Shown: positions 56,276 to 64,000 of the stretch, piece by piece
Numbering within the stretch: position 1 is the first letter of the stretch
Layout of the letters: each line of letters begins with the position of its first letter
NCBI GenBank assembly: GCA_963674705.1
Contig: OY771506.1
Span: 4,256,001 to 4,320,000, forward strand
Origin: Phycisphaeraceae bacterium
GTDB lineage: Bacteria; Planctomycetota; Phycisphaerae; Phycisphaerales; Phycisphaeraceae
DNA length: 64,000 bases
Reading direction: 5' to 3'
The notes under the pieces: model-generated
Told to the model about the DNA's origin: nothing
The model's database searches: none
The model's input: only the letters and a program-made list of their open reading frames with translations
Translations under genes and position numbers: made by a program

Positions 56276-56809
56276 TTAGTTCAGGTTCAACAGCTTGGGG
56301 ATGCGTTTACCCATCTTCACGAATCGCGCCATCGCAGGGACAGGCAATCCGCGGACGGTGCTGTAAAAGCCGGTCATGCTCTCGACGAATTCGAGCATTT
56401 CGTGCAGCCTCTTGGCGGTATTCGGGTCGGCTTTCTTCTTCTCATCGATCTCCTGCACGCACTGACGCAGGACGGTCAGCGTCGGGTCAATCTCCCGCTT
56501 TTTACGCTCATCCATGATGATCCGGAACATCTCCCAGACATCGGTCAGCGTCTGGAAGTGGTCCCGCCTGTCGCCCATGACGGGTACCGTCCTGACGATC
56601 CCCCAGCTCTGCAGTTCCCGGATGCTGGTACTGACATTCGACCGCGCCACCGCCAGTGTCGCCGCGATCTCATCGGCCGGCAGGGGCTTATCCGACAGGT
56701 ACAAAAGCGCATGGATCTGCGCTACCGTGCGGTTGATCCCCCACCGCGTGCCCATCTCGCCCCAGTGCAGGATAAACCGTTCAGCGGTCGGTTCGAGGTT
56801 CATATTCAT
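56276..56809 (-). CDS. GbsR/MarR-family transcriptional regulator
   Basis: FILHWGEMGTRWGINRTVAQIHALLYL, ARSNVSTSIREL. Confidence 0.88.
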   Translation of the reverse strand: MNMNLEPTAERFILHWGEMGTRWGINRTVAQIHALLYLSDKPLPADEIAATLAVARSNVSTSIRELQSWGIVRTVPVMGDRRDHFQTLTDVWEMFRIIMDERKKREIDPTLTVLRQCVQEIDEKKKADPNTAKRLHEMLEFVESMTGFYSTVRGLPVPAMARFVKMGKRIPKLLNLN

Positions 56810-56812
56810 TCC

Positions 56813-56830
56813 TTTCAGTCATTACTGAAA
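56813..56830. promoter_or_regulatory. Palindromic operator candidate TTTCAGT-N4-ACTGAAA
   Basis: Lies directly upstream of the regulator start; the same half-sites recur at 56208-56234. Confidence 0.6.
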
Positions 56831-56954
56831 TTACTGTATGCATCAGCCGCCCCCATGTCAAGCCCGGAGATAACCACTTCAGATAAATAGATCCCGGCAG
56901 GTCACGGCGGCCTGCCGGACAATGAAGTATCGCTACATCGTTGCCGCCCGAACT

Positions 56955-58427
56955 TCAGGCCAGGCAGCAACGTCTACGCGTGATTGATACCGCCCCGATC
57001 AAAGCCAAAACAGCAAGCGTACTCGGCTCAGGGATCGAAGACGCAACCGGCGGGATGCCGCGGTTCCAGTTGTTCAGGACGATGTCCAGGTCGTCCAGAC
57101 CGACGAACCCGTCACCGGATGGATCGGCATACTCGTGAATCGGCGGCACGGTCCGGTTCCAGTTGTTCAGGATAATATCCAGGTCGGACAGGCCGACGAA
57201 GCCGTCACCATCGAGGTCGCCCTCGGGGATAATCGAGTATTCGATGTCGAGCGAGACCGGTGGGTAAACAGCACTCTCCAACGCCCCGAAACTGAATTGC
57301 TGGAACTGTTCCGAGCCGTGAAGGACAAGACCCAGGTAATCGCTGTGTTGCAGCATCAGTTGGAGGAGGGTGGGATCAAGATCAATTTCAACAGGGTCAG
57401 AACTGGTGACTTCATCGGAGATACCCAGTAAAAATGCGGTGTTTTCAGCGTCGTAGGCATCAGGCGCACCGTTGCCCCCGTAGCCATAGACAGGAATGCG
57501 AGGCCCGCCGGTGGTCCCGCCGCTGGAATACAGCCAGGGATCAACGACTAATGTCAACGAAGTGATCGTTGCGTTGTCTGGTATGACACTGATGTCAAAC
57601 TCCATGACGGCCCGTTCTTCTTGCGGATCGTATGGGTGTATGTATGCGGCGAGTGTTGTGCTGCCATCGGAGATATCAAACGACGAGCCGTTCCATTGCG
57701 CCTGGGCGTCGAACGCCGGCAGCAGCGTGGCCGATTGATGCGGTGAAGCCGAGAGCGGTTCGAGGACGGCGCCATAGATATCAAAGGTGTCGCCGCTGAC
57801 CGCCTCGATCGCGAGCGTGCCGGAAGAATCCGCGATAAAACGCTTGGCATAGGAATCGAAGGTACGAGATGAGCTGCCGTACTGGCCGTTGATCGCGAGG
57901 ACTGCATCGTTAGGGATATCAATATCTGTCCAGCCCGTAGCGCCGCTGACACTGAAGTCCATGGGGTCACTGTAGGACCGCCCAAGCAGCCAGAAGTCGT
58001 AGATCTGTCCCGGGATCAGGCCGGTGAATTCCAGCCGCTGGCCGACAGTATGCATCGCGATGGTATGGTCAAACGGGGAGAGGTCCAGCCCGGACGGGGT
58101 ATAAGCCGAGTAGACCGGCATGTTGGTGCCGGTAACAAAAAAGCCCGTTCCGTTGTCAAAGTTGAACGAGATGCCGGTGGGGTTATTCATTTCATCGATC
58201 AAAGGGAGCGTGACACCGCTCAGCACGTCCGAGGAGTTGTAGCTATTCCAATTATCCGGCGGAAGCGGAGAGGAGGAAGATGATTGGAAGTCGAGGAAGG
58301 TTTTAACCGCGAGCGCCGGGCTAGCGCTTATCAGTAAGACGGGCAAGACGACGGTTAGCCAAAAATACGTGCCGCGATTTAAAACGATCTTTCCGGTAGC
58401 TTGAAAGTGAGATTTGAACACAGCCAC
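56955..58427 (-). CDS. PEP-CTERM protein with dockerin-like repeats
   Basis: Signal peptide; GDLDGDGFVGLSDLD and DPSGDGFVGLDDLD; IPEPST + TM + RRR. Confidence 0.85.
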   Translation of the reverse strand: MAVFKSHFQATGKIVLNRGTYFWLTVVLPVLLISASPALAVKTFLDFQSSSSSPLPPDNWNSYNSSDVLSGVTLPLIDEMNNPTGISFNFDNGTGFFVTGTNMPVYSAYTPSGLDLSPFDHTIAMHTVGQRLEFTGLIPGQIYDFWLLGRSYSDPMDFSVSGATGWTDIDIPNDAVLAINGQYGSSSRTFDSYAKRFIADSSGTLAIEAVSGDTFDIYGAVLEPLSASPHQSATLLPAFDAQAQWNGSSFDISDGSTTLAAYIHPYDPQEERAVMEFDISVIPDNATITSLTLVVDPWLYSSGGTTGGPRIPVYGYGGNGAPDAYDAENTAFLLGISDEVTSSDPVEIDLDPTLLQLMLQHSDYLGLVLHGSEQFQQFSFGALESAVYPPVSLDIEYSIIPEGDLDGDGFVGLSDLDIILNNWNRTVPPIHEYADPSGDGFVGLDDLDIVLNNWNRGIPPVASSIPEPSTLAVLALIGAVSITRRRCCLA

Positions 58428-58714
58428 ACTCCTTCCCCTGTTATAAGTTATATGTTCCGGGAGCCCGGTACTGGAAACTCAAGGCTACCAGAAACAGAAT
58501 TGCTTTCAAGTTTTTGCCTTTTTTTAATCTTTTGAAAATCCGGCTTATTTTCCAGTGGCGAGATTCGGGGCAAAATGCGAAATCGAATACCGCCCCCTAC
58601 TTCTGCATGGTGTCGGAATGCCGTACGGGATAAAATTCACGTCATGTGCCTGGCTGCATAGCTGGGCAAAGGTCAATCTGTGAAGTATCAGTTCATAGTT
58701 AACGGGGCCAACCG

Positions 58715-59665
58715 ATGACATCGTCCGCGACACTCCTGGAACGCTACAAAGGGTGCCTGTTGGGATTAGCCGTCGCAGACGCTCTCGGTGCGCCATTCGA
58801 AGGGCTCGAAAACGACCTGATCCGCGCGATCGCGGGGGATTCGGATCAGATCGTCGCCAAACCCACCGTTGAAACCATGTACTACACGGACGACACGCAG
58901 ATGACTATCGGCGTCGCCGAGACTTTGATTACTCACGGTCGGATCGAGCCGGACGCGCTGGCCAAGTCGTTCGCGGATAACTTTGATTCCAATCGCGGCT
59001 ACGGCCCCGGCGCGAAGAAGATCATACAAGCCATGATCGACCGGGAAGACTGGCAAAAGCTCTCGAACGAAATCTACCCGGGTGGATCGTACGGCAACGG
59101 CGCCGCGATGCGGATCGCCCCGGTCGGCCTGGCCTTCCATCGAGACCTCGAAACGCTTAACGAGCAGGTCAGGCTCGCCTCTGAACCAACCCACAAACAC
59201 AACCTCGCGGTGGAAGGGGCTCTGCTGATCGCCCATGCGATCTCTTTTGTTATGCGACACTCGACGTTCAATCGCAAAGACTTCTTCGACTACCTGAAGA
59301 AACAGGTGAACGAAGAGGAATTCAAGTGGCAGCTTTCGCTCGCAGACCAGATCGAGATAGGCAGCCCATTGTGGTCCTCACTTGGCAACAGCCTGGAAGC
59401 CCACCGTTCGGTGCTGGCGAGCATCGCGTGTTTCGCCGTGTCGCCTGACTCGTATGAACAGACGATCGGGCGAGCCATCTTCCTCGGCAACGACACGGAT
59501 ACGCTCGCTGCCATGGCCGGCGCAATCAGCGGAGCGTACCTCGGTATCCAAGCCGTCCCCACCCACCTGTTGGATATCATGGAAGAACAAGGCAAGGGCA
59601 GACGCTACATCGAAGACCTGGCCGTCCAACTCTATGAGAGGTTCGAAGGCGACCGGGTGGTATGA
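58715..59665 (+). CDS. ADP-ribosylglycohydrolase family protein
   Basis: GCLLGLAVADALG, YTDDTQM, GNGAAMR, DTDTLAAMAGA. Confidence 0.92.
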   Translation: MTSSATLLERYKGCLLGLAVADALGAPFEGLENDLIRAIAGDSDQIVAKPTVETMYYTDDTQMTIGVAETLITHGRIEPDALAKSFADNFDSNRGYGPGAKKIIQAMIDREDWQKLSNEIYPGGSYGNGAAMRIAPVGLAFHRDLETLNEQVRLASEPTHKHNLAVEGALLIAHAISFVMRHSTFNRKDFFDYLKKQVNEEEFKWQLSLADQIEIGSPLWSSLGNSLEAHRSVLASIACFAVSPDSYEQTIGRAIFLGNDTDTLAAMAGAISGAYLGIQAVPTHLLDIMEEQGKGRRYIEDLAVQLYERFEGDRVV

Positions 59666-59734
59666 ATCAGCATGATCCCCCGGTTGCATTTCGGCATATA
59701 CAGGATCGTCAATATCTATCACCGATCCTGTTTC

Positions 59735-60271
59735 TTAACCGGTGATATCAAATACGTCATCACTTTCAAGGCCTCGAATGAAGTCCTCGAAAGTCCTCGC
59801 CACAAAAGTGATCTGGTAATCAGATTCCTGATCGACATGAACAACCTGTGGCTCCCCCTCTGGTCCGCACTCCCGATAGTCCAGACAAAGCATGTCATGC
59901 CCGGCTGATGGACAATCTGCAAAGTACACGCCAATGGGAGGGTACTCCCATTCATCCATCCAGAATTGACTGCCGGTATTACCGCAAAGTGAATAGGGTC
60001 GGCTCCTGTTTATCCCGTAGATTCCCGTGATGGCAACATGATCTTCTGCCCAAGAAGTTGACTCGTGAGTACGGTGATTAGTTCGAACGGGGGTTCCACC
60101 GTTTTGATACTGCATCAACTCAACATACGACTTGGGCAGTTTGTATCCGAGTTCCTGTTCCACCGAGGCGAGAAGCTCATCGGTGAGTGGTTCGCCGACG
60201 TAGTTCTTCAAGGCGTAGCCGGAATTATCCCAGAAGTGGGAGACGTCAAAATCTCCAAATACTGTGCTCAT
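59735..60271 (-). CDS. SMI1/KNR4 (SUKH) family protein
   Basis: VEQELGYKLPKSY..LM..QNGG, LCLDYR..G..GEP.V, VARTFEDFI. Confidence 0.85.
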   Translation of the reverse strand: MSTVFGDFDVSHFWDNSGYALKNYVGEPLTDELLASVEQELGYKLPKSYVELMQYQNGGTPVRTNHRTHESTSWAEDHVAITGIYGINRSRPYSLCGNTGSQFWMDEWEYPPIGVYFADCPSAGHDMLCLDYRECGPEGEPQVVHVDQESDYQITFVARTFEDFIRGLESDDVFDITG

Positions 60272-60385
60272 GAGTGAACATCCTTAGCTATCTCCCGGCC
60301 CTGGAATTAACCGGGTAGGGAGTCGATTTTCGGTGCAGCTTCAGTGATATGATCGTATTGTATATGGGAGTGGCTAAATGCGCGC

Positions 60386-60421
60386 AAAAAAGAACCCCAC
60401 CAGTTTTACCTGGCGGGGTTC
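60386..60421 (-). terminator. Rho-independent terminator of the rRNA unit
   Basis: GAACCCCGCCAG-gtaaaa-CTGGTGGGGTTC-TTTTTT on the minus strand. Confidence 0.85.
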
Positions 60422-60426
60422 ATTAA

Positions 60427-60533
60427 GCCGGCGATGACCTACTTTCCCGCAGTGACAGTATCATCGGCGCGACGGGCTTAACTGCTGAGTTCGGTATGGG
60501 ATCAGGTGTGACCCCGTCGCTATGGTCACCGGC
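60427..60533 (-). rRNA. rrf: 5S rRNA (short, ~107 nt)
   Basis: GCCGGTGACCATAGCG...CCTGATCCCATACCGAACTCAGCAGTTAAG...GAAAGTAGGTCATCGCCGGC; ends approximate. Confidence 0.92.
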
Positions 60534-60756
60534 AAAAGCTGTTGACGCCTTCCAGCGTCGACGGCTTGCGTGATCCGTGGAAGGGTTGGGTATAAAACCA
60601 CGGATCACTTAAAAGCAAGTGATGAAAAGTCTTGGCCCCCGGAAGTTTCCTTCCGAGGTTTAAGTTATGCAAATAAGTGCATGACACGAGCCCTAGCGTT
60701 ATTGAGGGCTTGCTGACCGTTGACCGACGTTTGTTGTACGTGGGTCGTGGGTCGGG

Positions 60757-63605
<2,849 letters not shown>

Positions 63606-63794
63606 CCCCGACCTGCGACCGACGATAAACGCCGACACAAATCGGGTCATCCGCTGTGCACGATTTACACACAGCGACCCACTTCCACACAGCCTCGAAC
63701 AGACAACTGCGCTTCGGTGAGCAAGCTCCTCATTGCGCTAGAACTTACTCGGTATCACACTACAAATTGCGTGCAACACCAAGACCTTTCCACT

Positions 63795-63938
63795 TGTCAA
63801 AGAGCGTGACTCGGAACGCGTAGGCTTTCGCCGCTTCGTTCCGGCCCCCGCTGGCTGCGGGTGGTGGAATCTCCTTCGCGGGAGACGCCGCCACTGGCAG
63901 CGAGCCGAGTACTTTAACGACCTTTTGCGTGCTGTCAA
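63795..63938 (-). promoter_or_regulatory. rRNA promoter (TTGACA-N16-TAAAGT) and boxA antiterminator directly upstream of 23S
   Basis: -35 at 63933-63938, -10 at 63911-63916, boxA-like GCTCTTTGACA at 63795-63805. Confidence 0.7.
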
Positions 63939-64000
63939 GCACCCCTTCTCACCGACCCTGACAGGCCGGCTAGCCCTGTCGGGGTTTTACTCGAATCGTG

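Noticed and set aside
60534..60756. tRNA in the 23S-5S spacer or upstream of 23S
   Set aside because: No cloverleaf or T-loop (GTTCRA) pattern found by eye

Overview
A 64-kb chromosomal window from a GC-rich bacterium. It is very probably a planctomycete of class Phycisphaerae, judging by the many PEP-CTERM proteins, a DUF1559-type prepilin-like protein, CxxCGYxLxG..CPECG zinc ribbons, a short 5S rRNA and a 23S-5S unit with no 16S directly upstream. The backbone is housekeeping and metabolic: gluQ, purN, mltA, putA, cmk, plsC, cstA, nadB, hisA, ppdK, fmt, def, HU/IHF, bioF, 23S and 5S rRNA. The main discovery is a ~9.9-kb integrase-less provirus at ~23.3-33.2 kb. All its genes are on the minus strand: a Rep_trans rolling-circle initiator with an internal CTAAC hairpin origin, an FtsK/HerA-type (A32/P9-like) packaging ATPase, a probable double-jelly-roll major capsid protein, several small membrane proteins and three paralogous vertex/spike-like proteins. 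It is bounded by a complete dif-like XerCD site and a second site with a degenerate XerD arm, which share the 13-bp core CATATATTATCGG. This points to a tailless, membrane-containing virus that integrates through host XerCD. Other notable items: a CxxC/RAPP (DUF2946/CruR-like) leader ORF heading an operon of Met/His-motif PEP-CTERM proteins, a DpnI-like winged-helix-HNH nuclease, a stand-alone A-T-TE NRPS-like enzyme lacking the amino-acid-binding Asp, palindromic repeats translated inside ORFs, and signs of frequent leaderless transcription. All calls come from reading motifs by eye; no database searches were run.
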